Under the pieces are notes generated by a model. It ran no database searches and was not told where the DNA came from. It saw only the letters and a list, made by a program, of their open reading frames with translations. DNA of 64,000 nucleotides from Xanthobacteraceae bacterium (GTDB taxonomy: Bacteria > Pseudomonadota > Alphaproteobacteria > Rhizobiales > Xanthobacteraceae), in contig DATBHG010000009.1 of assembly GCA_036557665.1 (NCBI GenBank), positions 106,011 through 170,010 of the forward strand. Direction: 5' to 3'. Below, in pieces: positions 30,460 to 40,744 of this stretch. A program made the position numbers and the translations under genes. Numbering within the stretch: position 1 is the stretch's first letter; every line of letters starts with the position of its first letter.

Positions 30460-33417
30460 ATGTCGCGCCATGATGCCAATGCTGCTTTTGCCCGCAGCTC
30501 GTTCCTCTACGGCGGCAATGCCCGATATGTCGACGACCTCTATGCGCGGTTCGAGCAGAACCCGGACGCCGTCGACGCGCAATGGCGGGAGTTCTTTCAG
30601 AGCCTCAAGGACGAAAAGTCGAGCGTGCTGCGCATTGCGCATGGCCCGTCATGGCAGCGGGAGGACTGGCCTTTCCCCGCGCACGGTGAGCTCGCGTCCG
30701 CGCTCGCAGCCGATTGGGACGAGGTTCGCAAGACCGCAGGCGAGAAGATCGCCGCTCGCGCCCAAACGGCCGGCGTCGAGCTCTCGGCTCCCGCGGTCCA
30801 GCAGGCCACGCGCGACTCCGTTCGCGCCCTGATGTTGATCCGCGCCTATCGCGCCCGCGGGCATTTCCATGCCGATCTCGATCCGCTCGGTCTCGAGCCG
30901 CCCAAGGACGAGCAGGACCTCGATCCGCGCTCCTACGGCTTCACCGACGCCGATCTGGACCGCATGATATTTCTCGACCGCGTGCTCGGGCTGCAATTCG
31001 GCACGCTGCGTGAAATCCTGGCCATTGTTCGCCGCACCTATTGCCGGACGCTGGGCGTGGAATTCATGCACATTTCCAACCCGGCGCAGAAGAGCTGGAT
31101 GCAGGAGCGCATCGAAGGCCCCGACAAGGAGATCACCTTCACCCGCGAGGGCAAGCGTGCGATCCTGAACAAGTTGATCGAGGCGGAGGGTTTCGAGAAA
31201 TTCTGCGACCTCAAGTTCACCGGGACGAAGCGCTTCGGCCTCGAAGGGGCGGAATCGATGATTCCCGCGCTCGAGCAGATCATCAAGCGCGGCGGCGCGC
31301 TGGGCGTCCAGGACATCGCCATCGGCATGGCGCATCGGGGCCGGCTCAACGTGCTGGCGCAGGTGATGGGCAAGCCGCATCGCGCCATCTTTCACGAGTT
31401 CAAGGGCGGCTCCTCCACGCCGAACGAGGTCGAGGGATCGGGGGACGTGAAATATCACCTGGGCGCGTCGTCCGACCGGGAGTTCGACGGCAACCGCGTG
31501 CATCTCTCGCTTACCGCGAATCCTTCCCACCTCGAGATCGTCGACCCGGTGGTGCTGGGCAAAGTACGCGCGAAGCAGGATCAGCTGGGCGCCACGCGGG
31601 AGGACCGCACCATGGTGATGCCGCTTCTCATCTCCGGGGATGCGGCGTTCGCCGGGCAGGGCGTGGTCGCGGAGTGCTTCGGCCTTTCGGAGCTGCGCGG
31701 CCATCGAACCGGCGGCTCGGTGCATTTCATCATCAACAATCAGATCGGCTTCACCACGTATCCGCGCTACTCCCGCTCCTCACCCTATCCGTCCGATGTC
31801 GCCAAGATGATCGAGGCGCCGATTTTTCACGTCAACGGCGACGACCCCGAGGCGGTGGTGTTCGCAGCCAAGGTGGCGACCGAGTTCCGCCAGAAATTCC
31901 AGCATCCGGTCGTCATCGACATGTTCTGCTACCGGCGCTACGGGCACAACGAGGGCGACGAGCCCTCGTTCACACAGCCGCTGATGTACAAGGCAATCCG
32001 CAAGCATCCTCCCGTCACCGAGATCTACGCCAAGAAGCTCGTGGCAGAGACCGTGGTCACTGAAGGTGAAGTGGAGAGGATGCGTGCGGATTGGCGCGCC
32101 AGGCTCGACATCGAGCTGGAGGCCAGCCTCGGCTACAAGCCGAACAGTGCAGACTGGCTGGACGGGCGTTGGGCCGACATCAAGGCGGCACGCGATCTGG
32201 AGGATCCCCGCCGCGGCCAGACCGGCGCGCCGCTGGGTCAACTCAAGGAGATCGGTGAAAAAATCACGGTAATACCGAGCGGCTTCCATGCGCACCGCAC
32301 GATTCAGCGATTTCTGGAAAACCGCCGCAAGGCGATCGAGACCGGCCGGGACATCGACTGGGCGACAGGTGAGGCGCTGGCGTTCTGCTCGCTGCTGCAA
32401 GAGGGTCACCCGGTTCGCCTGTCCGGGCAGGACACCGAGCGCGGCACGTTCTCGCAACGCCACTCCGTGCTGGTCGATCAGGACAACGAGGACCGCTACA
32501 TCCCGTTCAACAACCTCGGTGAGGGGCAGGCGCGCTTCGAGGTCATCAACTCGATGCTCTCCGAGGAGGCGGTCGTGGGATTCGAATACGGGTACTCCCT
32601 GGCCGAGCCCAATGCGCTCACGCTGTGGGAGGCGCAGTTCGGCGATTTCGCCAACGGCGCGCAGGTCGTATTCGATCAGTTCGTGTCCTCGGGCGAGCGC
32701 AAGTGGCTGCGCATGTCGGGGCTCGTGTGCCTGCTCCCTCACGGCTACGAGGGGCAGGGCCCGGAGCATTCCTCGGCGCGGCTCGAGCGGTTTTTGCAGA
32801 TGTGCGCCGAGGACAACATGCAGATCGCAAACTGCACGACGCCGGCGAATTACTTCCATGTCCTGCGCCGTCAACTGAAGCGCAACATCCGCAAGCCGCT
32901 CATCCTGATGACGCCCAAGTCGCTGTTGCGCCACAAACGCGCGGTCTCGCGACTTGACGAGATGGGCCCGGGCACGACCTTCCACCGCCTTCTCTGGGAC
33001 GACGCACAGATACGCGCAGACAAGAAGATCAGGCTGGCCGCCGATACCAGCATTCGCCGCGTGGTGATGTGCTCGGGCAAGGTCTACTACGACCTCTATG
33101 AGGAACGCGAGAAGCGAGGGGTCGAGGACGTTTACCTGCTGCGCCTCGAGCAGCTCTATCCGGTACCGCTGAAGGCGTTGGTGCAGGAGCTCGGCCGCTT
33201 CTCCAAAGCGCAGTTCGTGTGGTGCCAGGAGGAGCCGCGGAACATGGGAGCGTACTCCTTCCTGGAGCCATACCTGGAATGGGCCCTGCATCAGATCGAT
33301 GCGGAGAATGGACGGCCGATCTATGCCGGCCGGCCCGCGTCTGCTGCGACGGCGACCGGCGTGATGTCGCAGCATGTCAAGCAGCTCCACGCGCTCCTTG
33401 ACGACGCGCTGCGGTGA
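30460..33417 (+). CDS. sucA: 2-oxoglutarate dehydrogenase E1 component
   Basis: The 985-aa ORF contains GMAHRGRLNVLAQVMGKP, HGDAAFAGQGVV-like (SGDAAFAGQGVV), and LLPHGYEGQGPEHSSARLERFLQ. Confidence 0.95.
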   Translation: MSRHDANAAFARSSFLYGGNARYVDDLYARFEQNPDAVDAQWREFFQSLKDEKSSVLRIAHGPSWQREDWPFPAHGELASALAADWDEVRKTAGEKIAARAQTAGVELSAPAVQQATRDSVRALMLIRAYRARGHFHADLDPLGLEPPKDEQDLDPRSYGFTDADLDRMIFLDRVLGLQFGTLREILAIVRRTYCRTLGVEFMHISNPAQKSWMQERIEGPDKEITFTREGKRAILNKLIEAEGFEKFCDLKFTGTKRFGLEGAESMIPALEQIIKRGGALGVQDIAIGMAHRGRLNVLAQVMGKPHRAIFHEFKGGSSTPNEVEGSGDVKYHLGASSDREFDGNRVHLSLTANPSHLEIVDPVVLGKVRAKQDQLGATREDRTMVMPLLISGDAAFAGQGVVAECFGLSELRGHRTGGSVHFIINNQIGFTTYPRYSRSSPYPSDVAKMIEAPIFHVNGDDPEAVVFAAKVATEFRQKFQHPVVIDMFCYRRYGHNEGDEPSFTQPLMYKAIRKHPPVTEIYAKKLVAETVVTEGEVERMRADWRARLDIELEASLGYKPNSADWLDGRWADIKAARDLEDPRRGQTGAPLGQLKEIGEKITVIPSGFHAHRTIQRFLENRRKAIETGRDIDWATGEALAFCSLLQEGHPVRLSGQDTERGTFSQRHSVLVDQDNEDRYIPFNNLGEGQARFEVINSMLSEEAVVGFEYGYSLAEPNALTLWEAQFGDFANGAQVVFDQFVSSGERKWLRMSGLVCLLPHGYEGQGPEHSSARLERFLQMCAEDNMQIANCTTPANYFHVLRRQLKRNIRKPLILMTPKSLLRHKRAVSRLDEMGPGTTFHRLLWDDAQIRADKKIRLAADTSIRRVVMCSGKVYYDLYEEREKRGVEDVYLLRLEQLYPVPLKALVQELGRFSKAQFVWCQEEPRNMGAYSFLEPYLEWALHQIDAENGRPIYAGRPASAATATGVMSQHVKQLHALLDDALR

Positions 33418-33438
33418 AGCCGGCCGAGGATCCGCACC

Positions 33439-34734
33439 ATGGCTGAAATCCGTGTCCCCACTTTGGGCGAATCGGTGACCGAGGCGACGATCGGCAAATG
33501 GTTCAAGCAGGCCGGCGACACGGTCGTAATCGACGAGCCGCTGGTGGAGCTCGAGACGGACAAGATAACGGTCGAGGTGCCCGCTCCGGCTGCCGGTGTG
33601 CTCACGGACATTGCCGCCAAGGGCGGCGAGACCGTCGCGGTCGGCGCGCTGCTCGGCGAGATCAAGGAGCAGGCCAAGGGGCAGGCCAAGGAGCAGGCGG
33701 TGGCGGCGGCAGCAGCCGCGCCAGCTTCGCCGCGCCCGTCCGAGCAGAAAACCGGCGGCGCGGCGAGCGCCAAAGCGAGGGAGGAGCCGCGTCCGAGCGC
33801 CGCGGTCAAGGCGCAAGAGCCCGCATCAGCGGCTTTGCCGCTGTCGCCCTCCGTGCGCAAGATCGCAGCCGAGAGCGGGCTCGATCCGTCAGGCGTGCAA
33901 GGCAGCGGCAAGGACGGACGCCTAACCAAGGCTGACATGCTCGCGGCAATCGAGCGCGCCGCAGCCGCGCCGACCCCCGTCCCGCAGCCTTCCGGCATCA
34001 TTGCGCTGCGGGCGCCGAGCCCTCCCGATGACGCCGCTCGCGAGGAGCGGGTGCCGATGACGCGCCTGCGGCAGACCATCAGCCGCCGGCTCAAAGAGGC
34101 GCAGAGCACGGCAGCCATGCTCACGACCTTCAACGAGGTCGACATGAGCGCCGTCATGCACCTGCGCGATCGATACAAGGAAGCGTTCGAGAGAAAGCAC
34201 GGAGCGAAGCTCGGCTTCATGGGGTTTTTTGTGCGCGCCTGCGTGCAGGCGCTCAAGGACATTCCCGCGGTCAATGCCGAGATCGACGGCAACGACATCA
34301 TCTACAAGAACTACTATCACATCGGTGTCGCGGTCGGCACGGAGCGCGGGCTGGTGGTCCCGGTCGTGCGCGATTGCGATCGCAAATCGCTGTCACAGAT
34401 CGAGAGCGAGATTGCGAGCTTCGGACGCCGCGCCCGCGAGGGCACGCTCAAGATCGAAGACCTGCAGGGAGGCACTTTCACCATCAGCAACGGCGGCGTC
34501 TATGGCTCGCTGATGTCGACCCCCATCCTCAACGCGCCGCAGTCGGGGATTCTCGGCATGCACAAGATCGAGGAACGCCCGGTCGTGGCCGCAGGCAAGA
34601 TCGAGGTCAGGCCGATGATGTATCTTGCCCTGAGCTACGATCATCGCATCGTGGATGGGCGGGAAGCCGTGCTGTTTCTCGTTCGCGTCAAAGAGACGAT
34701 CGAAGACCCGGCGAGGCTCGTGCTGGAGCTATGA
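33439..34734 (+). CDS. sucB: dihydrolipoyllysine-residue succinyltransferase (E2o)
   Basis: It has a lipoyl domain ([15 protein letters not shown]), an Ala/Pro linker, an E3-binding domain ([32 protein letters not shown]), and the catalytic [13 protein letters not shown]. Confidence 0.95.
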   Translation: MAEIRVPTLGESVTEATIGKWFKQAGDTVVIDEPLVELETDKITVEVPAPAAGVLTDIAAKGGETVAVGALLGEIKEQAKGQAKEQAVAAAAAAPASPRPSEQKTGGAASAKAREEPRPSAAVKAQEPASAALPLSPSVRKIAAESGLDPSGVQGSGKDGRLTKADMLAAIERAAAAPTPVPQPSGIIALRAPSPPDDAAREERVPMTRLRQTISRRLKEAQSTAAMLTTFNEVDMSAVMHLRDRYKEAFERKHGAKLGFMGFFVRACVQALKDIPAVNAEIDGNDIIYKNYYHIGVAVGTERGLVVPVVRDCDRKSLSQIESEIASFGRRAREGTLKIEDLQGGTFTISNGGVYGSLMSTPILNAPQSGILGMHKIEERPVVAAGKIEVRPMMYLALSYDHRIVDGREAVLFLVRVKETIEDPARLVLEL

Positions 34735-34800
34735 GTCGCAGCACCTCCCGAAATCGTATGCTTCTGCAATTGTACTCAGCCGTGCAGCACGCTCCGTTAT

Positions 34801-34920
34801 ACCTCCCCCTGAAAGGGGGAGGTCGGCGACCCCCGACTTTGTCGGGGCGAGCCGGGTGGGGGTCAACTCGCGGTCCCGATGATCGGCAAGAACTGGCGCC
34901 GAGCGCCGGACCCCCACCCG
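34801..34920. repeat. REP-like structured intergenic element between sucB and lpdA
   Basis: Nested inverted repeats: ACCTCCCCC-tgaaa-GGGGGAGGT (34801-34823); CCCCGAC-ttt-GTCGGGG (34831-34847); CGGGTGGGGGTC (34853-34864) pairing with GACCCCCACCCG (34909-34920); and inner GGCGC-cga-GCGCC (34895-34907). Confidence 0.5.
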
Positions 34921-34951
34921 ACATCTCGCCCTGACGTCGGCTCAGCTGTTC

Positions 34952-36352
34952 ATGCCTTACGACCTCATCGTGATCGGATCCGGCCCGGGGGGATATGTTT
35001 GCGCCATCCGCGCGGCGCAGCTCGGCATGAAGGTTGCTGTGGTCGAGAAGGAGAGGACCTTCGGCGGCACGTGCCTCAATGTCGGCTGTATTCCCTCCAA
35101 GGCGCTCCTGCATGCCACCGAGCGCTACGATGAAGCCGGACACGTGTTTGCGCGCATGGGAATCGAGGTCGGCAAGCCCAGGCTCGATCTCCCGGCGATG
35201 ATGAAATTCAAGGATGAGGCGGTCGAGGCAAACGTCAAAGGCGTCTCCTTCCTGTTCAAAAAGAACAGGATCGAATCGTTCAAGGGGGTCGGCCGCATCC
35301 CAGGAGCCGGCAAGGTCGAGGTGAAAGCCGGCGCCGACAAGGCGCAAACGCTCCAGACAAAATCGATCGTGATCGCGACCGGCTCGGATGCGGCGCGACT
35401 GCCGGGCATCGATATCGACGAGAAGCGCATCTTGTCCTCGACCGGCGCATTGGCTCTGGAGAAAGTGCCGCCGCGGCTCCTCGTGATCGGCGCCGGCGTG
35501 ATCGGGCTCGAGCTAGGGTCGGTCTGGCGGCGTCTGGGGAGCGAGGTGGTCGTCGTTGAATTTCTCGATCGCATCCTGCCCGGGATGGACAATGAGGTAT
35601 GTCGGCAGTTTCACCGCCTGCTCGAAAAGCAGGGCTTGGCGTTCAAGCTCTCCTCCCAGGTCGCCGGCGTTTCGTCATCGCGCAACGGCCTCGCGGCGAG
35701 TGTCGCGCCGAGAGCCGGCGGAACCGCGGAGACGATCGAAACCGACGCCGTGCTGGTCGCGGTAGGCCGTGTGCCCTACACCAATGGTCTCGACCTCGGC
35801 GGTGCGGGCGTGAGGACGGACAACAAGGGCCGCATCACGGTGGATGCGAAATTCGCCACCACCGTACCCGGCATTCATGCCATCGGCGATGTCATCGCCG
35901 GGCCGATGCTCGCGCACAAGGCAGAGGACGAAGGCGTCGCTGTAGCGGAAATCCTCGCGGGTCAGGCCGGCCACGTCAATTATGGCGTTATCCCGAACGT
36001 GGTCTATACTTCCCCCGAGATCGCCTCGGTCGGGCAGAGCGAGGAGGAGCTCAAGCAAGCCGGCATTGAGTACCGGGTCGGGAAGTTTCCCTTCCTGGCC
36101 AACAGCCGTGCGCGGGTCAATCTGGAAACTGACGGTTTCGTCAAGATTCTCGCCGATACCAGGACCGACCGCGTCCTCGGCGTTCACATCCTGGGCGCCG
36201 ACGCCGGAAACATGATTGCGGAAGCCGCAGTGGCGATGGAGTTCGGCGCCGCATCCGAGGACATCGCCCGCACATGCCACGCGCACCCGACCCTGAGCGA
36301 GGCGGTGAAGGAGGCGGCGCTGGCCGTGAGCAAGCGCGCGCTCAACATGTAG
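34952..36352 (+). CDS. lpdA: dihydrolipoyl dehydrogenase (E3)
   Basis: YDLIVIGSGPGGYVCAIRAAQLG, the redox-active GGTCLNVGCIPSKALL, and C-terminal HAHPTLSEA. Confidence 0.95.
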   Translation: MPYDLIVIGSGPGGYVCAIRAAQLGMKVAVVEKERTFGGTCLNVGCIPSKALLHATERYDEAGHVFARMGIEVGKPRLDLPAMMKFKDEAVEANVKGVSFLFKKNRIESFKGVGRIPGAGKVEVKAGADKAQTLQTKSIVIATGSDAARLPGIDIDEKRILSSTGALALEKVPPRLLVIGAGVIGLELGSVWRRLGSEVVVVEFLDRILPGMDNEVCRQFHRLLEKQGLAFKLSSQVAGVSSSRNGLAASVAPRAGGTAETIETDAVLVAVGRVPYTNGLDLGGAGVRTDNKGRITVDAKFATTVPGIHAIGDVIAGPMLAHKAEDEGVAVAEILAGQAGHVNYGVIPNVVYTSPEIASVGQSEEELKQAGIEYRVGKFPFLANSRARVNLETDGFVKILADTRTDRVLGVHILGADAGNMIAEAAVAMEFGAASEDIARTCHAHPTLSEAVKEAALAVSKRALNM

Positions 36353-36729
36353 CTGCTTCGAGACACCATGAGATCGATGCCGATGCCGCGGTTCAGGAGG
36401 AGGTCCGCAACGCCGCCCGCACCCTCCTGCAAGCTGTGCAGGCAACCCGATCAGGAAAGCTGGTTATCGCGGGGGAGGACCTGGCGGAGCCGCGCCGGAA
36501 TAGAATCGAGCGCCTCTTGCTGAACCACTCCGTGGAACCCAACGAGCGCGCGATCTCAGAGATGCGCTGGCAAAGCCCATCCGGGCGCTCTGGCTGAAAA
36601 CAGATGTCGATGCTCGGCCCGGCATGGACCCGGCGGGCTCGAGCGGCGCGGGATGCGTAGGTCGCGCGGAGCACTCGCATTGCAACCGAGGCATGCGGAA
36701 CCGGGCTCCGACTGAAGATTTATCCTGCA

Positions 36730-37374
36730 ATGCCGCAAAGCACGGAAAGTCGCATGACCGACTCGGGATCGCACAAGCGCGGCGCATTCAGCCGCCGGAG
36801 CTTCATCACCAGCACGGCGGTGTCGACCATGAGCGTCGCTCTGCTGGACAGCGCCGAGGGGCAGATGACTGAGGCGCAGCCTGCGCTCGATCCGCGTCAG
36901 CCTGCTCCCCTCGACCTCACTGTCAATGGGCGCCAGCACACGCTCGCCCTTGATGTACGCACCAGCTTGCTCGACGCCTTGCGCGAGCGCATCGGCCTCA
37001 CAGGGACCAAGAAGGGCTGTGATCATGGCCAGTGCGGTGCCTGCACGGTGCTCATGGACGGCAAACGCGTGCTGTCCTGTCTCACCTTCGCAGTCATGGC
37101 CGAGGGTCGCCGGATCACTACCATCGAGGGGCTGGCTGCGCCCGACGGCACGCTGCACCCGATGCAGCAGGCCTTCATCGATCACGACGCTTTTCAGTGC
37201 GGCTATTGCACGCCCGGACAGATCGTCTCGGCGGTCGCCTGTGTGCAGGAAGGGCATGCCGGCAGCGACGCCGAGATCCGCGAGCTCATGAGCGGCAATC
37301 TGTGCCGGTGCGCCTGCTATCCGAACATCGTCGATGCCGTCAAACAAGCCAAATCCAAGATGAAGGAGAGCTGA
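36730..37374 (+). CDS. (2Fe-2S)-binding small subunit of a molybdo-aldehyde oxidoreductase, Tat-exported (PaoA/YagT-like)
   Basis: Twin-arginine leader GAFSRRSFITSTAVSTMSVALL, plus CDHGQCGACTV and CGYCTPGQ..CRCACY 2Fe-2S motifs. ATG 36754 is an alternative start. Confidence 0.8.
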   Translation: MPQSTESRMTDSGSHKRGAFSRRSFITSTAVSTMSVALLDSAEGQMTEAQPALDPRQPAPLDLTVNGRQHTLALDVRTSLLDALRERIGLTGTKKGCDHGQCGACTVLMDGKRVLSCLTFAVMAEGRRITTIEGLAAPDGTLHPMQQAFIDHDAFQCGYCTPGQIVSAVACVQEGHAGSDAEIRELMSGNLCRCACYPNIVDAVKQAKSKMKES

Positions 37375-37375
37375 G

Positions 37376-38404
37376 ATGCGGCCCTTCGTCTATGCGCGCG
37401 CGGACAGCACGCAAGCTGCCATCGAAACGCATCGCACGGCGCCGGTAGAAGCAACGTCGGTCCAGCCGCGCAGCCAATATCTTGCCGGCGGTACGACCCT
37501 GATCGATCTGATGCGGCTCGACGTGATGCGGCCGGAGCTCGTCACCGACATCAATGCGCTGGAGCGGACGGCCGCGGGCCGGATCGAGCTTGGACCGCGG
37601 GGGCTGTGGCTGGGCGCGCTCGTTCGCATGTCGAGTGCTGCCGCTCATCCGGATGCCGCGAGCAATTTCCCCGTCATCGCCCAGTCGCTGCGGCTGGCGG
37701 CAAGCGCGCAGCTGCGCAACATGGCCTCTCTCGGCGGCAACGTATTGCAGCGCACGCGCTGCACTTATTTCCGGGATGTCTCGTACGCCGCCTGCAACAA
37801 GCGCAATCCGGGCGCCGGTTGTGCGGCGCTGGACGGCGTCAACCGCCGTCATGCCGTGCTGGGGGTCAGCGGCCATTGCATTGCAACCTACCCCGGCGAT
37901 TTCGCCCAGGCGCTCATGGCGCTTGATGCGCTCGTCGATATTGCCGGACTCTATGGAGCGCGCAGGATTGCTTTCGCACAATTGCATCGTCGGCCCGACG
38001 ACAGCCCGCATATCGAAACGACACTGCAGCCGGGCGAGCTCATCACCGGCTTCGTCGTACCGCCGCTGCCGTGGGCCAGGCGCTCGACCTTCCTCAAGGT
38101 GCGCGACCGCGAGTCCTATGAGTTCGCGCTCGCCGCAGCGGCGGTGGCCCTCGACTTGGCCGAGGGCACGGTGCGCGAAGCGCGTATTGCCCTCGGCGGG
38201 GTGGCTACCGTGCCCTGGCGCGCGCGCGATGCCGAGGATGCGCTCGCAGGTCAGCCCCTTACTGATGCCGTGCTCGAGGCTGCGGCCGAGCGCGCCTTCG
38301 CGGGCGCGGCGCCGCGCGGGGAGAATGCGTTCAAGGTCGAGCTCGGCAAGCGCACGCTGGTGCGCGCCCTGCGGCAAGCCGCTGCCATGGAGCTTCCGAC
38401 ATGA
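37376..38404 (+). CDS. FAD-binding subunit of the molybdo-aldehyde oxidoreductase (PaoB/YagS-like)
   Basis: MRPFVYARADSTQAAIE..YLAGGTTLIDLMRLDV..LRNMASLGGNVLQRTRC is a CO-dehydrogenase flavoprotein-type FAD domain. The gene lies between the small and large subunits. Confidence 0.8.
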   Translation: MRPFVYARADSTQAAIETHRTAPVEATSVQPRSQYLAGGTTLIDLMRLDVMRPELVTDINALERTAAGRIELGPRGLWLGALVRMSSAAAHPDAASNFPVIAQSLRLAASAQLRNMASLGGNVLQRTRCTYFRDVSYAACNKRNPGAGCAALDGVNRRHAVLGVSGHCIATYPGDFAQALMALDALVDIAGLYGARRIAFAQLHRRPDDSPHIETTLQPGELITGFVVPPLPWARRSTFLKVRDRESYEFALAAAAVALDLAEGTVREARIALGGVATVPWRARDAEDALAGQPLTDAVLEAAAERAFAGAAPRGENAFKVELGKRTLVRALRQAAAMELPT

Positions 38405-40683
38405 ACCGTGCAGCGCCGACGCCGAAGGAAAATATGGGCCGTCCGGAGCCGCGCCTTGACGCACGGCAGAAAGTCACAGGCGAGGCCCGCTTCGGCTCGG
38501 ACTTCGCCCTCAACAATCCTGCCTATGCGTTTCTCGTCACCAGCGCCATTTCCAAAGGCCGCATCGCCGCGCTCGATGTCAGCGCGGCAAAGGCGATCCC
38601 CGGCGTGATCGAGGTCTTCACCTACAGGAACACCGGCGATCTCAACGACGTCCAGTTCGGTGCCGGTGGCGGCGGGGCGACCACCTCCGTGCAGACCATG
38701 GGACCGGAGATTTTCCACGACGGCCAGATCATCGGCATGGCTGTCGCCGAGACCTACGAGGCGGCGCAGGAGGCGGCGTCGCTGGTGAAGGTGCACTACG
38801 AGGCCGAGCAGCCGAGCGCGACCTTCGGCTCGCCCGGCGTGTCGGAGGAGGATGCAAGCAAGTCGAGTCCGAGAGCCAAGGATCTCCCGCAGGCGGGCGA
38901 CGCCGAGGCGGCGATCGGGACGGCGGAGGTTGTGCTGGAGGCCGAGTACGGCACGCCGACGCAGCATCACAATCCCATGGAGCTGTTCACGACAACTGCT
39001 GTGTGGCGCGACGGCGAGATCATGATCTACGAGCCGTCCCAGTTCGTCTGGGGACAGAAGAACAACGTCGCGCGGAAGCTCGGCATTGCGCCGGAGCAGG
39101 TACGCGTCGTCAGCCCATATGTCGGCGGTGCATTCGGCTCGAAGTCGCAGTTCTCGCCCCGCACCGGCTTTGTCGCCTATGCCGCCAAGGTGCTCAACCG
39201 GCCGGTCAAGCTGGTAGCGACCCGCGATCAGGGCTTCACCATCCAGACCTATCGCGCCGAGACGCGTCACCGCGTCCGCATTGGTGCGCAGCGCGACGGA
39301 AAGATCGTGGGCTTCAGCCATGAAGGCTGGGAGATCACCTCGCGTCCCGACCCTTACGTGGTGGCTGGTGTCGAGGACAGCGCCCACGTCTACAACTACG
39401 GCACGGTCAGGACGCATGTCACGATGGTGCATGCCGACCGCAATACCCCGGGCTTCATGCGCTCGCCGCCGGTCGTGCCTTACATCTACGCGCTGGAAAG
39501 CGCGATGGACGAGCTTGCGATCAAGCTCGGCATCGACCCAATCGAGCTGCGGCGACGCAACGATTCGACGGCAGACAGCGCCGGCAAGCGCTGGTCGAGC
39601 CGCTCGCTCATGCAATGTTACGACGAGGCAGCGCAGGCCTTCGGCTGGAGTCGACGCAGAACCGAGCCCGGCTCGATGCGCGACGGCGATTGGCTGATCG
39701 GCTGGGGATGCGCCAGCGCGGTCTATCCCACCCACGTCGGCGCCGCGGCGGCACGTGTGCGCCTGTTGGCCGACGGCAATACGCGTGTGCAGATCGCGGC
39801 GCACGAGCTCGGCACCGGCGCCTACACCGTCATCGGGCAAATGGCGGCGGAGCGGCTTGGAGTGCCATTGGCCAAGGTATCGGTCGAGCTCGGCGACAGC
39901 ACCTACCCGCCTGCGCCGGTCGCCGGCGGCTCGAACACCACCGCCAGCTCCTGCTCTGCCGTAATGAAGACCTGCGACGCGATCCGCGCCAAGCTGGCGC
40001 ACGCAGCCATCACTTCAAACCAAGGGCCCCTCACCGGTCATCCCGCGGATTCGATCGATTTCACAGAGGGCAGAGCCGTTTCCCGGCAGGGCGGCAGCGA
40101 GAGCATCGAAGACCTTTTCAAGCGGCTCGGCGCCGGTGCGATCGAGGAATATGCCGAGTTCATCCCGACGGACGCCCCGCCCGATGCGATGCGGCAGCTT
40201 TATGCTGGCAAGGCGACCCTCGGCGGCGGCTCGCATGGGGAAAAGCTGATGTATGCCATGGGCGCCGAATTCGTCGAGGTGCGGGTGCATGCGCGCACGC
40301 GCGAGGTCCGCGTGCCGCGGATCGTCGGCGCTTTCGCTGCCGGACGTATCATGAACACGCGCACGGCAAGGAGCCAGCTTCTTGGCGGCATGATCTGGGG
40401 CATCTCCTCGGCATTGCACGAGGCAACTGAGATCGATGCGCGCAACGCGCGCTATACCAACGACAGCCTTGCCGACTACCTCATCCCGGTGAATGCAGAC
40501 ATCGAGAGCCTCGAAGTCATTCTCGTCCCGGAAACCGACGAGCTCGTCAATCCGGCAGGCGTGAAGGGATTGGGTGAGCTGGGCAATGTCGGCACTGCGG
40601 CAGCAGTGGCCAATGCCGTCTATCACGCGACCGGCATCCGCATTCGCCAATTGCCGATCCGGATCGAAAAGCTGATCGTTTGA
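38401..40683 (+). CDS. molybdopterin-binding large subunit of the aldehyde oxidoreductase (PaoC/YagR-like)
   Basis: The 760-aa ORF starts with ATG overlapping the upstream stop as ATGA. RLDARQKVTGEARFGSDF, QHHNPMELF, GGAFGSK and GLGELGNVG are blocks typical of the xanthine-dehydrogenase family. Confidence 0.85.
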   Translation: MNRAAPTPKENMGRPEPRLDARQKVTGEARFGSDFALNNPAYAFLVTSAISKGRIAALDVSAAKAIPGVIEVFTYRNTGDLNDVQFGAGGGGATTSVQTMGPEIFHDGQIIGMAVAETYEAAQEAASLVKVHYEAEQPSATFGSPGVSEEDASKSSPRAKDLPQAGDAEAAIGTAEVVLEAEYGTPTQHHNPMELFTTTAVWRDGEIMIYEPSQFVWGQKNNVARKLGIAPEQVRVVSPYVGGAFGSKSQFSPRTGFVAYAAKVLNRPVKLVATRDQGFTIQTYRAETRHRVRIGAQRDGKIVGFSHEGWEITSRPDPYVVAGVEDSAHVYNYGTVRTHVTMVHADRNTPGFMRSPPVVPYIYALESAMDELAIKLGIDPIELRRRNDSTADSAGKRWSSRSLMQCYDEAAQAFGWSRRRTEPGSMRDGDWLIGWGCASAVYPTHVGAAAARVRLLADGNTRVQIAAHELGTGAYTVIGQMAAERLGVPLAKVSVELGDSTYPPAPVAGGSNTTASSCSAVMKTCDAIRAKLAHAAITSNQGPLTGHPADSIDFTEGRAVSRQGGSESIEDLFKRLGAGAIEEYAEFIPTDAPPDAMRQLYAGKATLGGGSHGEKLMYAMGAEFVEVRVHARTREVRVPRIVGAFAAGRIMNTRTARSQLLGGMIWGISSALHEATEIDARNARYTNDSLADYLIPVNADIESLEVILVPETDELVNPAGVKGLGELGNVGTAAAVANAVYHATGIRIRQLPIRIEKLIV

Positions 40684-40744
40684 TTGCATGCAGACGTCTT
40701 TGCATCGAATGCAGGCTCGTAACTCGAGACAGCAGAGCAGCACC

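Noticed and set aside
31780-33816. 678-aa minus-strand ORF
   Set aside because: It is antisense to sucA and sucB, which carry unmistakable motifs. The composition is Arg/Leu/Ala-rich junk.
36556-37347. 263-aa minus-strand ORF
   Set aside because: It is antisense to the PaoA-like 2Fe-2S subunit gene, which has a Tat signal and both cluster motifs.
38251-40002. 583-aa minus-strand ORF, plus several 270-300-aa + strand off-frame ORFs (37554..38459, 39615..40430)
   Set aside because: They are antisense or off-frame to the PaoB/PaoC-like genes and have no recognisable domains.
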